Shown here in pieces: positions 25,475 through 38,859 of a stretch of DNA of 64,000 bases. Made by a program: the position numbers and the translations under genes. Position 1 is the stretch's first letter, and every line of letters starts with the position of its first letter. The stretch lies in contig CM075989.1 in assembly GCA_038087875.1 (NCBI GenBank), forward strand, positions 8,930,001 to 8,994,000, read 5' to 3'. The notes below the pieces were generated by a model. It ran no database searches and was not told where the DNA came from. It saw only the letters and a list, made by a program, of their open reading frames with translations. This DNA is from Malacoraja senta (taxonomy: Eukaryota).

Positions 25475-25735
25475 ATATTCAACTCATCACCATCCACCAC
25501 CTTTCCCAACCACTCCGTTACTGCCAGACTGATGGTCAGAGTCTGCCTGTGAAGCAACGTCCCTGTGGGCAATAGTTCAGCGACCCCCTGTAGTAAACGG
25601 GGCTGAAATATGGCAACTGTTCATTTGTGGGTCGTGCAAAAGAATTTCGATGTGCTGTGCATACATGGCAATAAAGAACCATTGAAGAACCACTGAAAAG
25701 CTAGAAAAGACACAACATGCTGGAATAACTCAGTG

Positions 25736-26181
25736 CAGGGGTGGGCAACCTTGTTCTGCATAGGGGCCAGGACACACGTCTGTGAGCGGATGGCGGGCCA
25801 CATCTATCACATGTACACATGGATCCCGCCCCCATCCTGCAGGCATCAAATCACGTGTTCACAGAAGGTAGACAAAAATGCTGGAGCAACTCAGCGGGTG
25901 AGGCAGCCTCATGCAATCCTCGCATGTCTCACCCGCTGAGTTTCTCCAGCACTTTTGTCTACCTTCGATTTTTCCAGCATCTTTCAGTTCTTTCTTAAAC
26001 GTGTTCACAGAAGGTGCGCGGTCGGCCGTGCCGGCGGCTTTGCGCAGGATGTGGCACAGCCAGAGCTTGGCCGCGCTCGGGGCGGGCTGGATGATTACAG
26101 GGGAAAATATCCGCCTGTGGGCCGGATGATTTTGGGTTATGGGCCGCATTTGGCCCGGGGGCCGTAGGTTGCCGACCCCTG
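25736..26181. mobile_element. hAT (Charlie-like) MITE inserted in a PLE tail
   Basis: TIR caggggtgggcaacct / aggttgccgacccctg; 8-bp TSD actcagtg/acttagta; host gctggaataactcag..ggtcaggcag split. Confidence 0.85.
25870..25998. mobile_element. Fold-back PLE-derived element inside a hAT MITE
   Basis: Exact 17-bp direct repeat acgtgttcacagaaggt at 25853-25869 and 25999-26015. Confidence 0.85.
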
Positions 26182-28606
26182 ACTTAGTAGGTCAGGCAGA
26201 CCCACTGATTTACTCCACCATTGAACCAAGACCATAAGACCATAAGACGTAGGATCAAAATAAGGCCATTCAGCCCATCAAGTCTACTTTGCTATTCAAT
26301 CATAGCCAATCTATGCCATCTATTCTCCTGCCTTCTCCCCGTAACCTTTGACACCCTTGTTAATCAAGGTGCAGCTGGGGAATGTAGCAGTGAGATTAAC
26401 TGTGAGAGAAGCAGAGAAATAGATAAGGACGGGGAAGGTAGGAGGTGTTTGTTTGTTTCTCCATGGCTGCTTTTAATGAGGCCGTGGAGATTCATTGCAT
26501 CCCCTGGAGACAGGGACAACCTGCTTTGCATCAGACTTGTTCATGGCTCCCAATCTAATACAGCTCATTGATGGTGATGGCCAATTAGCAGCAGTTCCCC
26601 AGCCCTGCAGCAAGGCAGGAGACCGTCTCTATGGTCACAGCCCACACTGGAACATCTGTGGCACCCCACTCTGCAGACAAAGGGCTGGCGCTCTCTTTCA
26701 CTCTCTCCCTCTCTCTTTCTCCCCTTGTCTCTCTTTCCCCCTCTCTCTCACCCCCCCCCACTTCAACCCTCTCTCTCTCCCACACTCGCCCCCTCCCTTC
26801 CTCTCTCACTCACTTCCACCTTCTCCCTCCCTCTCTCCCTCCCTCCCTCTCTCCCTCTCCCTCCCTCCCTCTCTCTCCCTCCCTCCCTCCCTCCCTCCCT
26901 CTCAAAGGGAGAGAAACCAGACGTGTCAGCTGTGTCTTTTCATGAAGGATTTGAAAGACATGGAGAAAGTGCTGTGGAAATCCATCCTCTATTGTACACA
27001 GTTAAATGCGCAGCCTGGCAATGTTTGCGCTGAACTCTGCTCAAATGACACCATATATCAGGCTATGAGTTTCACAGACATAGATTGTAATGTACAACAT
27101 TGGACAAGGTCCTTAACCTGAAGTTACCAGCGTGATACGCGGAGCGAGAGTTGTATCCGTTTGAGCGTCTCCCTGGAGACCCTGTCAGTATTTACCCCGG
27201 CTCCATTCTTACCTTTATGCAAGGCTGGAGATCCCATGTCTCGCCCTGTTGCAGTTTGTTCAGGAGACGTTAACGAGAAAGCAGTGAGAAAGCAGCAATT
27301 CAGGAGCACAGCAGAACACTGAAGCCAAGACAGACACAAAATGCTGGAGTAACTCAGCGGGTGAGGCAGCGTCTCTGGTGGGAAGGAATGGGCGACATTT
27401 CGGGTCGGGACCCTTCTTCTGACTGAAGCAAAGAACACTGGTGCACCTCAGGGAAGTTAGATCCACATGAGAGAGAACAGAGGGGAAAACCCACAAGGTC
27501 ACAGGGAGAGCGTACAAACTCCACACAGACAGCACCCGAGGTCAGGATCGAAGCCCGGGTCTCTGGCGCTGCAAGGCAGCAACTCTACCGCTGCGCCACC
27601 GTTCAGTTATGCACCTCTGCAGCAGAGGTCAGGATTTGCACCCATGCAGCGCCAGCATGGAGTCTTGCCGGACAAACACAGCAACGCTGCAGCATAGGTG
27701 CTGACATCAACAGTTGAGCAGGTCCACTCTGGGCCAGAAGACACAAAGCCCTGCAGCAAGTCAGCAGGTCAGGCAGCATCTCTGGAGGACATGGATGGGT
27801 GCCGATGCGGGTCGGGACCCTTCTTCCATCTGAGGGAGAGTATAAGCTGGATCCCCCCTCTCTCCGCATCTTCCTCATGGTTTGGCCTCCGCAAACATTA
27901 GCCACCTCTCCTGGTTACCACACTGCTGATAGAGCAGCCACGCATGGAGACAAGGCCCTCTGGAGACGGGGACAAACTGCTTTGCATCAGACTGGGTCAT
28001 GGCATGAAATAATCCATCACACGCCCATGTACATTCCTCCCACACTGATTCTACTTTATTCTCCCCAACAATCCCATCCACTCCCTACAAGTGAGCCACC
28101 TCTCCTGGTTACCGCTCACCTGCACGTTAGCGGAAAGTTACCGTGGCCCCTCGATCTGCCAACCAGCAGCTCTTTGGGATGTGGGAGGAAACCAGGGCAC
28201 TCGGAGAAAACCCACACGGTCAACGAAAGAAGGTGAGGACTCCATGCAGAGTCAGGATTGATCCCGGGTTGCCGGAACTGTGAGCCAGTGACTCTACCAG
28301 CTGCACCACTGAAGCTGCAGTCACATCAGTGTGGGTGATCAGATCGAGCCACAAAACCAAGCGCAGTCTAACCACCTCTGCAGATTCCAAATCAGTTCGC
28401 CTGGCATCTTTAACATGTCAACGGTCCTATGTGCCTATCCGTGGGATGCCGTGTCAATAGGCATCTTGTCCAGTGTTGTGCAGTGAGATAGATGAAGGAT
28501 CGATCGGCATTCATGAGCAGACTAAAGGCATTTATGCTCATTGATGAACGAACGGATTGCTGCGTTATTCCATTAACTTGCAAGCAAAGTATGCATGCAT
28601 TCAACA

Positions 28607-28826
28607 GTAGAAACAAGGAACTACAGATGCTTGTTTACAAAAAAAAAGTGACAAAGTGCTGGAGTAACTCAGCGGGTCTGTCATCATCCCTGGAGAACAT
28701 GGAAAGGTAACGTTTCAAGTTGGGAACCTTCCTCAGTCTGATGAAGCATCTCAACCCGAAACGTCACCTATCCATGTTCTCCAGAGATGCTGCCTGACCT
28801 GCTGAGTTACTCCAGCACCTTGTGTA
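28607..28826. mobile_element. Fold-back PLE-derived element
   Basis: Inverted family arms; right arm has CTGATGA...GAAACGTC (28738-28765) with a disrupted helix II. Confidence 0.8.
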
Positions 28827-29518
28827 TTCAGCAGTGCAGCATTCCCCCAGTGCTGCACTGAAGCCCTGACCTCTGCAGGAGGGAGTGAGACTTTAACTAA
28901 CTACACAGAGAGTTGAGGATCCCACCCAATCAGTCCCGGCAAACATGCGAGTCACTTTTAAAGAACTAAAGATTTCATGGGAGACAGAGTTAAGACACGA
29001 GGCTTGAAGGCAGATAATTTGGAAAAAGAATGTATTAATGATTTACTCACTCAAGCAGCCTGTAGCTCAGGAACGTGGCTGCAAGTGATAGTGGAGGCAA
29101 CTAAAGCACGTGCAGAGTTTGCGAAAAGACTTGTGAGAATCGGTAAATGTATGGATGGCAAGTTATTTCAATGGGGAGTTGTTAGGAAGGGGCAAGGGGA
29201 GATAGAATGAGACACCCGGATAAAGAAGGAAAAGTCCCCAAGAACAATGAGAATAAATCCAATCAGGAAAACTGGGATGGAAGGAGTTTGAATCAATGTC
29301 CAATGGGAATCTCCTTCAATCTCTCTCCGGGAGTTTGATGAGTTTGCCAAAGATCCACACTTCACACTGTGATGATTTAGAATACTGGTACTCAAAATTC
29401 ACCAGTTAAATTCCGATAACACATGGACAACAACATTTACATCTGCAAGTTAAATCAGCCTCGACAAGCTGCGATTGATTTGTATTCAAATCGTGACCTT
29501 TTTGAGGAAGGCCTTGGC

Positions 29519-29532
29519 GTTGCCATGGCGAC
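29519..29532. promoter_or_regulatory. RFX X-box GTTGCCATGGCGAC
   Basis: 13/14 match to the palindromic X-box within a repeat-free island (~29400-29640). Confidence 0.5.
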
Positions 29533-29667
29533 ATCATTGCTCCACAACTCTCCTTTGGTTTTCTATTGCTCGTTAAATATTGCCACAAAGATTGTCCTTC
29601 CGCCACGTTCCAGTCAATGTTGAAGGCGGAATATTGTGAAGCCCAAAGGTTTAGTTTGGAGATAGAA

Positions 29668-30346
29668 AACATATAAAATTCTTAAAGGATTGGACAGGCT
29701 AGATGCAGGAAAAATGTTCCCGATGTTGGGGGGAAGTCCAGAACCAAGGGGGGTCACAGTTTAAGAGATGTGGAAAAACGTCTTCACCCAGAGAGTTGTG
29801 AATCTGTGGAATTCTCTGCTGCAGAGGGCAGTGGAGGCAAATTCACTGGGTGTTTTCAAGGGAGAGATTTACCTCTTAAACCCCTGTCCCACGGTACGAG
29901 TTCATTCCAAGAGTTCTCCCGAGTTTGCCCTGATTCAAACTCGGAGATTTACGGTAATGGCCGCTCGTCGGTACTCGGGGCTCTCGTGGACATTTTTCAT
30001 CATGTTGAACAATCTTCACGAGTCTTCCCGTGCTTACCTGCCGTTAGCGAGTCTTCCCGAGTACCTGCCGTTAGCGCTAAGAGACGTCCCCGAGCTCCGA
30101 CGTACCCGCTATGTTCATTCTCCGTGCTTACCACGAGTTTGATTTTTTTTAAACTCGGCAGAGCTCTTGGAATGAACTCGCACCGTGGGACAGGGCTATT
30201 AGAGCTAAAGGAATGAAGGTATATGGGGTAAAGCAGGAACCGGGTACTGAGTTTAAATGATCAGCCATGATCATATTGAATGGCAGTGCTGGCTCGAAGG
30301 GCCGAATGGCCTACTCCTGCGCCTATTTTTCTATGTTTCTATGTTT
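29668..30346 (+). mobile_element. CR1 LINE 3' fragment split by MITE D
   Basis: FTQRVVNLWNSL motif, 3'UTR and tttctatg tail. Confidence 0.85.
29879..30198. mobile_element. PIF/Harbinger-type MITE family D, inserted in CR1
   Basis: ~45-bp TIRs ccctgtcccacggt(a/g)cgagttcattccaagag; TTA TSD; CR1 sequence resumes on both sides. Confidence 0.85.
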
Positions 30347-31883
30347 CTTTGAGATACAGTATGGAAACAGGCCCATCCTCAACCCACTAAGTCCACGCCG
30401 ACATTGATCACCCTAGCTTATCGTATTCCCCACACACTAGCGGCAATTTACAGAGGCCAATAACCTACAAACCTCCACGTCTTTGTGATGGGGAAGGAAA
30501 CTGGAAGGAAACTCACGAGGTCACAGAGAGAACGTGCAAACTCCACACAGATATCTCCCGAGGTCCGGTTCGAACCTGGGTCTCTGGCAGGGCGGCTGCG
30601 GCACCGTGCCATCCCCGTCTTGCCTCACGTCATCGGGGGAGGTGCCAATGTTTGGATCGTTTCTCTGGAGGGCAGCAAGTGGCAAACTGAGCAAAAGAAA
30701 ATGGACAGACACAAAGTGCTGGCGTAATTGGAGCACCCGGAGCAAACTGACGAGGTCACAGGGAGAACGTGCGGACTCCACACAGACAGCTCCCAGTTCA
30801 GTTCAGTTTAGTCTATTGTCACATGTACCGAGGTTAGCACCAGCAGCGTCAGAAACCAAGGTCTCCAACACAATGGGGCAGCAGCTCTACCAGCTGTGGC
30901 CAATGTCCCACTTAACCCTTCCAATCCATATATCTGTCCAATGTCTTTTGTAAGTCACACTTGTATCTGCTTTTATAGCTTCCTCTGGCAGCTCGTTCAC
31001 CCTTTGAGGGAACCCTCTGAGGTTCCTCTTATATCTCGCTCATCTAACAAGAATGGTCTCTTCTTCAGAAGAATATCATTTCCGCGAGATTGCCGAGTGC
31101 CTTTCCCAGAGCTGCTGTTACTGCTGCTCTGTGTCCCACTCTCTGGTTGGCCGATGGTGAAGTCAGGCAGCACCGGCCTGCCTTAGTTTACATGGGAAAT
31201 TCAGTACGTGTGAGACTCTGGCTGTGGCTAGGAATACTTCCAGATGTATATCACAGCTGGACACAGATTCCAGCTGGTGGCACATTGAGAAGGTTATGAT
31301 GTTATGGGATTCAACAGGAGTGGTGGTGGAAGAGAGGGGGGGGGGGGGGGGTTGGTCTGGAGGCCGACAGTCTTGTTGGAAATTGTTCCCCTCAGCAACA
31401 CCAAATGAACAAACTGGGCAAATGTCACACAGCTCTGTGAATGCAGAGATAGTTTGCTCAGTCTGCAATAAAGGAGCAGGTGGGCAAATAGAGCAGAGAG
31501 GAGAACAAGATCCGTAAACCTTTGTGAAATACAACATGGAAACAGGCCGTTCAGCCCAACTCATCCATGCTGACCGAGGAACCTATCTAAGCTAGTCCCA
31601 ATTTCCCGCATTTGACCCTAAATATCTCTCTAAACTTGTTTTATGTATCTGCAAGTGTTTTTTTAATGTTGTTATCGTACCTGCCTCAACCACTTCCTCT
31701 GGCATACGTACCATCCTCTTTGTGGAAAAAGTTATCCTTCAGATGCTTATTAAATCTTCTCTCTCTCATTTTAAACCTATGCCCTGCAGTTCTTGATACC
31801 TTTTATCCTGAGGCTGTGCCCTCTGGACCTATACTCTCCAACTACTGGAAACATCCTCTCCACATGTTTAGTAAGGGTGAATG

Positions 31884-32085
31884 TAGACACAATCAAACTG
31901 GAGTAACTCAGGGGGTCAGACAGCATCTCTGGAGAAAAGGATTTGGTGACGTTTCGGGTCAAGACCCTTCTTCAGACCCGAAACGTCACCTAGTCCTTTT
32001 CTCCATTGATGCTGTCTGACCCGTTGAGTTACTCCAGCTTTTTGTGTCTATCTTCGGTTTAAACCAGCATCTGCAGTTCCTTGAT
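31884..32085. mobile_element. Fold-back PLE-derived element
   Basis: Inverted family arms. Confidence 0.8.
31948..31975 (-). ncRNA. Minimal hammerhead-like motif in the left arm of a fold-back element
   Basis: Reverse complement reads CTGAAGAAGGGTCTTGACCCGAAACGTC. Confidence 0.55.
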
Positions 32086-32281
32086 TAGTAAGGGTGTCAA
32101 GGGTTATGGGGAAAAGGCAGCAGAATGGGGTTCAGAGGAAAGATAGTTCAGCCATGATCGAAAGGCGGAGTAGACTCGATGGGCCAAATGGCCTGCTGCT
32201 GCTCCCATGACTTGTGAATATCCACTCTATCTACGCCTTTCATTATTCAGTGGGTTTTAATGAGATCTCCCCCTCATCCTA

Positions 32282-32539
32282 AGGGCCTGTCCCACTTGGC
32301 GATTTTTTTCGGCGACTGCCAGCATCATTGACTGACGTATCACGGTCGCCGAAAGATTTTGAACATTTCAAAATCCAGCGGCGACAAAAAAAATGTTGCG
32401 ACACTTGAGGAAACACCGTGCGTCAATACGTCATCATGCCGCGTCACGCCACATCACGCCGCGACTTTTTCAGTGACCTGATACGTCAGTCAATGATGCC
32501 GGCATTCGCCGAAAAAAATCGGCAAGTGGGACAGGCCCT
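32282..32539. mobile_element. PIF/Harbinger-type MITE family C
   Basis: ~70-bp TIRs starting agggcctgtcccacttg; flanks CTA/TTA. Confidence 0.85.
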
Positions 32540-32880
32540 TTAGGAGTTGGGAAGCTGCCTCACTAATAAATCAGCCTTCCTTTCCCACTTCCTAAAGTGT
32601 ACAGACTATCCACATCCACATTCACATCCAATGCTTAGTACAGTTTAGTTTAGTTTATTGTCACGTGTAATGAGGTACAGTGAAAAGATTTTGGTGCGTG
32701 CTAACCAGTCAGTGGAAAGACAATATTAGATTGGAGCCATTGACAGTGTATAGATACATGATAAGGGAACAGCGTTTAGTACCAGGTAAAGCAAGTAAAG
32801 TCCGATCAAAGGAAGTCCGAGGGTCACCAATGAGGTAGATAGTACTTCATTGGTGACCCTCGATAGTACTTCATTGAAGT

Positions 32881-32908
32881 CTGAAGAAGGGTTTCCGCCC
32901 GAAACGTT
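32881..32908 (+). ncRNA. Minimal hammerhead-like motif in a monomeric PLE tail
   Basis: CTGAAGAAGGGTTTCCGCCCGAAACGTT; helix II retained with a different sequence. Confidence 0.55.
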
Positions 32909-33586
32909 GCCTGTTTCCTTCGCTCCATAGATGCTGCTGCACCCGCTGAGTTTCTCCAGCATTTTTGTGTACCTTCGATTTTCCAGCATCTGCAGTTCCT
33001 TCTTTAACAGATAGTACTTCAAAACTGCTCTGTGGTTGTGGTGGGATGATTCAGTTGCCTGATAACAGGCTAGATGCACAAAGAACTGTCCAGTGGAAGA
33101 CAGAATGGAGAGTAAATTATGGGCAATACCTTGCTGTGAAGATCCAGCTGCAATCTGACTCCCAGCTACGGTGCTATTTAAACCCTGAGTCCTTGCCTAC
33201 AATGCTCTATAATAGGATATCCTGTTGTGTATTTTTAAATGAGATTTTCTATTGTTACTGCACAGCTGGCAGGGTTAAGGGAGGGTTGCTTCTATGAGAA
33301 ATGATTTGGCCAAATTTTCATTCAATTGTTCTGGATTCGTGTTTCAGGTGAGAAAAGAAAAACGATGATTGGTTCTGGCCCTTTGCAACTAGAGCATGGA
33401 AATTGTGATGGCCACGTCTCTATAATAGACAAGTGTTCGGCTTAGTAGGGAATACAAAAGGTGCAGCTCGGAATTTGGGCACCAGGGGAGGATATTGGGG
33501 ATACAATCCTCTGAAAATGCAGAGATGTTTCATTTTGACTTGTCAAAGTGTTCGGTATTGAAGTCCAGAATTTTTGAATCACAGAA

Positions 33587-33800
33587 TATAGAAACAAAGA
33601 ACTGGCGATACAAAAGATAGACACAAAGTGCTGGAGCAACTCAGCGGGTCAGCGGCATCTCTGGAGAATAAGGATGGGTAACATTTTGGGTCGCGACCCT
33701 TGAGGTTGGGCAATTTGAAGAAGGGTCCCGACCCGAAACGTCGTCCATCCCTTTTCTCCAGAGATGCTGCCGGACCCGCTGAGTTTCTCCAGCACTTTGT
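33587..33800. mobile_element. Fold-back PLE-derived element
   Basis: Inverted family arms. Confidence 0.8.
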
Positions 33801-34107
33801 GGCAACTTCTAAATCACACGCTGATTCAGCATACATCTCGCCAATGTGGTTCCGCTTGCTTTCTTTCCGAAAGTACCAGAAAGCTTTTGAATCAATTAAA
33901 TGCTTTTGTAGTCTCAGCATTCCTTAATGCAGGAAGGCCAAGCCAGTTGAGATCGAGAAACAGTGGCATTCAGCTCAGAAACATGTGCATGCCAGCCATT
34001 ACGTAGCAAACCTTAGACAAACTGCTGGATGAACTCAGCTGCAGGAACTCAGTGGGTCAGGCAGCATCTATGGAGGAAGTGGACAATCAACGTTTCGGGG
34101 TCAGGAT

Positions 34108-34572
34108 AATAATAATAATAATAATAATATATTTTATTGTCATTGCACATAAGTACAACGAGATTTGGTACGCAGCTTCTATCCGATATCATAACTTAAA
34201 CAACTAATAACATTTAGATTTTAGATACCCCGACAAACATGATTTATTAAAAAACAGTAAAACAGTAAAACAGTGTAAAGTGCAAATGTGTCTGTGCCGG
34301 GTCGATGTGCAACGTGACCATCTGAGGGAGACTGTTCATGGGGGGGGGGGGGGGGGGGGGGGGGCACTCAGCAGGGCCGGTTCAGAGCAGCTATAGCTCT
34401 GGGGATGAAGCTGTTCCTGAGTCTGGAGGTGCGGGCGTAGAAGGCCTTGTAACGTCTGCCGGAAGGTAGGAGTTCGAACAGACTATTACAAGGGTGTGAG
34501 GAGTCTTTTGTGGATGCTGACGGCTTCCTGAGGCACTGTGTGTAGTAGATGCCCTCCAAGGCTGGTAGCTGT
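34108..34572 (-). mobile_element. Rex1/Babar-clade LINE 3' fragment
   Basis: FELLPSGRRYKAFYARTSRLRNSFIPRAIAALN; (att)n tail. Confidence 0.85.
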
Positions 34573-34849
34573 AATTGGATTGACATGGAGGGGAGATAGC
34601 TAGCAGAAAGAGGTGAGGGAAGGGATGGAATAAAAGCTGGCCATTGTCAGGTGGGTGTAGGTAAGGAGGGGGTTGATTAGCAGAAGAGTCAGGCGGGGAA
34701 GGGAAGGGTGGAGATCACCGCAAAGGCTGGAGGGGAAAGTGAAGAAGAGAAGGGTCGGCAGGTGGGGCAAACTGATAGGAAAGGAAGGCGAAGAGTGACC
34801 TGTACACCCAGTGAGAGGGATAGTGGAGAGCCTGGATGCCAGACCCTTG

Positions 34850-34943
34850 CATTCCCTTTCCCTCACCGACCTGGCTGTTCCCGGCTGCCTCCACTGCTCG
34901 AGTGAGGTTCCACGCCGACTGGAAAAACAGCATCTCATATTCC
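34850..34943 (+). mobile_element. Short PLE GIY-YIG C-terminal fragment
   Basis: Reads HSLSLTDLAVPGCLHCSSEVPRRLEKQHLIF, similar to the end of the 5419-5716 domain. Confidence 0.65.
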
Positions 34944-35875
34944 ATCCAGATGGGTGAATGAAATTCTTCCTCAAGTCCACTTCAAATCTCCGGTAGCTCA
35001 CCTTAAATCTATGGCCTCCGATTATATCTCCCCCCTTGATGTGCAAACATTTCCTACTCTCTGTCCTATCCATCCTCATCATTTTATCTGCCCCATTCAA
35101 TCTTCCCTGCTTATTCCAGACAATAACTCATGATCCTCCTCTGTCCCCTCTCAATGTATTCACACCCTCCTGTAGCGCGGTAACCAGGAATGCACTAAAT
35201 ACTCCAGCTGTGGCCTAACCAATGCATTATACGACTGATACAGTCCAAATTTAGTTTAGTTTAGTTTAGGTAGGTTTAGAGATACAACACAGAAACTGAG
35301 AATCTTTACCAAAGCTGATTAGCCTACAAACCTGTACGTCTTTGGAATGTGGGAGGAAACCAGTGCACCCAGAGAAAACCCACGCGGTCACGGGGAGAAC
35401 GTACAAACTCTGTACAGACAGCACCCGTAGTCAGGATTGAAACCGAGTCAATGGCGCTGTAAGGCAGCAACTCTACCGCTGCGCCACCATGCTGCTCCTG
35501 CGCCCCTGTGAAATGTTTCTTGTTACATTTTGTACCAGTAAAGTCAAATCCTGTGTGCCAGGCATCAGGTTCAAGAGAGGAGGCAAGAAAGCTGCAGAAT
35601 AAGGAAAATGAATCGTAAATGATAAACCTTGACATTTAATCCATGCTGCGTCCAAGGACATCCAGCTCACAGAGGACGTTGTATGTAACAGTGACGTTGT
35701 CACTGCTGCATGAACAACTCACGCTTCGCAAGCTCAGCAAAAGAAGCAACATCACATTGGAGAAAACTTCTCAATGTGTTGGTAATGGGGGAGGGATTTT
35801 CCTGGAGTTGTTAGTGTCCAGGGAATTAAAAGGTAGACTAACAGATTCCTGGTGATTCTGCAGGAAGGGCCTGAT

Positions 35876-36302
35876 TGCTCTTTGGTCTGCCTGAGTGTTG
35901 TTGACCTCCCAGCGGAGCGGGATGTCCGTCGGGGAATGTTGCCGACTGGCCCGCTGCAGATCGCCGGAGTACGTGCTGAGGGACGCACTGAAGCTCCGTG
36001 CAGCCAACGCCAAGACTCTGTGGGGCAGGACCACAGTCCAGAGTCTTTCCGCTGCTGGACATGGGAGGGGGGGGGGGGCAGGGTGTGGTGGAGACTCCCC
36101 TCAAAATAGGGGAAGGGGTTCCATGCCAGTGGGCCACATGAGTGGCAGGGGTGGGGGAGAAACTTGTGAAATTTGAGCAATATATATAAACAGTATTGAA
36201 TGTTTGTATAGCCTCCGAAAATGTCGGATTAATTTTTTGAACGGTTCATGTATTGTATATAATTATTACTTGAATAAAGACTATTTTGAAATTTAAAAAA
36301 AA
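35876..36302 (+). mobile_element. Tx1/L1-clade LINE 3' fragment
   Basis: ALWSA*VLLTSQ..ECCRLA..YVLRDALKL..AKTLWGRTTV resembles the Tx1 ORF2 C-terminus as I recall it; AATAAA and A-rich tail. Confidence 0.7.
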
Positions 36303-38380
36303 GACTGCCTCCAGTCACCTGCTGGAACAGGAGAGTCTGACCCTCCTCATCCACAGAGAACGAAAGGGAGGCAGAACCACAGAGAGACACACACAGATAC
36401 CAGGTCTACTAGGAGTGGGTAGAAGGGCAGGCATACAGTTAGAGACGAGAAGCAGACAGGCAATGAGTGAGAGCCCACACAGAGAGACTGAGGGATGTGT
36501 ACACATGCAGACAGAGTTCAAAACATGGCTGGTAATAATGAAAAATAATTTCTCAAATTCAATAAATGTATCTGTTCCAAATAATATTCATTATGCTCAA
36601 GGGTTAATTTAAATTTAATAATTAAAATGTCAATGAAGTGTGCCAGTTTAGTTTAGAGATACAGCATGGAAACAGGCCCTTCGGCCCACCGAGTCCATGC
36701 TCACCCTTTCACACTGGTTCCATGTTATCCCACTTTCTCTCCTCCCCTCATTACACCCTATTGACAGAGGCCTTTGGGATGAGGAAGGAAACCGGAGCAG
36801 TCGGAGGAAACCACGCAATCACAGATAGAAGGTGCAAACTCCACACAGTCAGCACCCAAGGTCAGGATCGAACCCGGGCCTCTGGCGCTGCCAGGCACCA
36901 CTCTACCAGCTGCGCCACTCTGTTACACAGTTGCTCTGGCTGTGGTGTTTGATCTGCTACAGCATGTTACACCCACTGAGAGCGATGATGAAGTGAACAG
37001 ACTCACTGCTGCTCGATAATGGGATATGCAGTGGGTTGTGAACTGAAATAAGCTGGAGAGATGTTAGCAAATGAACATGTACTGCTTTCACAAACCACGA
37101 GCCCTCTTAACTTCTTTCAAGGTTTGACTGTCTTGGAATCAAAGAAAGCTTACAACGAGGAGGCCATTCAGTCCATCGCATTCCTGCTATCTTCTTTGAC
37201 AAAGGCTCGCCACTTGTCTGGTACAGGTGCCATCCAATACTTCTTGCCATCCAATACTTTCCCCAAGGTCTGACATCGTGTGCAGCCCTATCTGTTATTT
37301 GACCAAACAAGGCATCAACATGGTTCCAGATCCTGTCCCAGCCCAATGTTTTCTAAAGGTAATCATAGGAAAGTCATGAGAAGCAGGGTCACCATTAATT
37401 CTGTTTTCCCAGAGTAGCACAAGGCACTGCGGACAAAGCCATCAACACTATCTGACTCAACACTGACCCAGGCCACAAGGGAGCTACTGTTTCAACACTG
37501 GCGGCAGAATTACTTTTTGGAGATACAGCACGGAAACAGGCCCTTTGGCCCACTGAGTCTGGGCCGACCCCTGTACACTAGCATATCCTACACACTCGGG
37601 ACAATTTACAATTTTACCTAAGCTAATTAACCTACAAACTTGCGCATCTTTGGAATGTTAGGGGGAAAGCCCACGGAGGTCGCGGGGAGAACGTACAAAC
37701 TCCGTACAGACAGCACCCGTAGTCAGGATCGAACCCGGGTCTCTGAAGGGTCCGTATGAATCTATAACATCGTACAACACCCGTCACCACATGCTTCTGT
37801 TACCCGCACATTCTTTGTGCATGGATGCAGATGGTGGGTTTGATCCAACGGCAGAGAAACAGAATTGTTTGCAGCGTGAGTGGCTCAGCATTTTATCTTA
37901 GTTTGTGAGCTCTGGAAGAATCCCAGCAACGTGCACTGAATATTAACCCTTTCACTGTGAAAAAAACAATGGCCCGAAGAATGCAAACCATGTGCTCATT
38001 GTTCGGGTTGTGTTGTTGAGTGCAGGGCTCCTTCCTTTAGTGGGGGAGCTGGAGTATTTTTTCACTTCGGTGGCCACAAAGCAAGTGAAGCACTGGCTGA
38101 AAGGAGATTAATCAGGAAGCAATTTTAATTGGATATGGGTTAATCTAAAAACAGATTAGATTGGAAGATGATTAGTCTGGAAACAGATTAAACTGGAAAC
38201 AAGGAGGAATGAAGTGCAGAGTTCTCAAAAATAAGACCTTTCCGAATATTGAGGGTGAATTTGTAAAGAGGTTTACCAGAATCGGACAGTTCAACTGAAA
38301 GGAGTTAAAACTGGAGGTAGGTTGGACTAGAGACAAATTACAATGGAAACTGATTACAACAGAATCAGGTGAAACAATCA

Positions 38381-38568
38381 ATGTTTAAACCGAAGATAGG
38401 CACTTTGGTTTAAAGGAATGGGTGACGTTTCGGGTCGAGACCCTTGAAGGGTCTCGACCCGAAACGTCACCCATTCCTTTTCTCCAGAGATGCTGCCTCA
38501 CCCGCTGAGTTACTCCAGCATTTTGTGTCCACCTTCGATTTAAACCAGCATCTGCAGTTCCTTTTCAC
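38381..38568. mobile_element. Fold-back PLE-derived element
   Basis: Near-perfect palindrome ggaatgggtgacgtttcgggtcgagaccctt-g-aagggtctcgacccgaaacgtcacccattcc. Confidence 0.8.
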
Positions 38569-38859
38569 ACGAATAAATAAACGTGATGCGCTACTGAAAT
38601 TCTACTGCAATGGGCGTCGTTATCGCTCCACCTAACCGCAACTCAAAGCTTCCCCCATCCTGAATCCAGTAAAAAAATCTCTGCCCTTCACTGTCAGGAA
38701 ATCTCATCCTTATAAAAGTTGGAATCTGGGATTATACACAATATGCCAGTGATGTAAAGAGTCACTGTTACTTTGCCCCTTCCTCGGTGACAGGATCAGG
38801 AGTTTGTGTGCTTTAACAGTCTACCCAAGTCATTCGCCAAGTTGAAAAGACTTGAGTAA

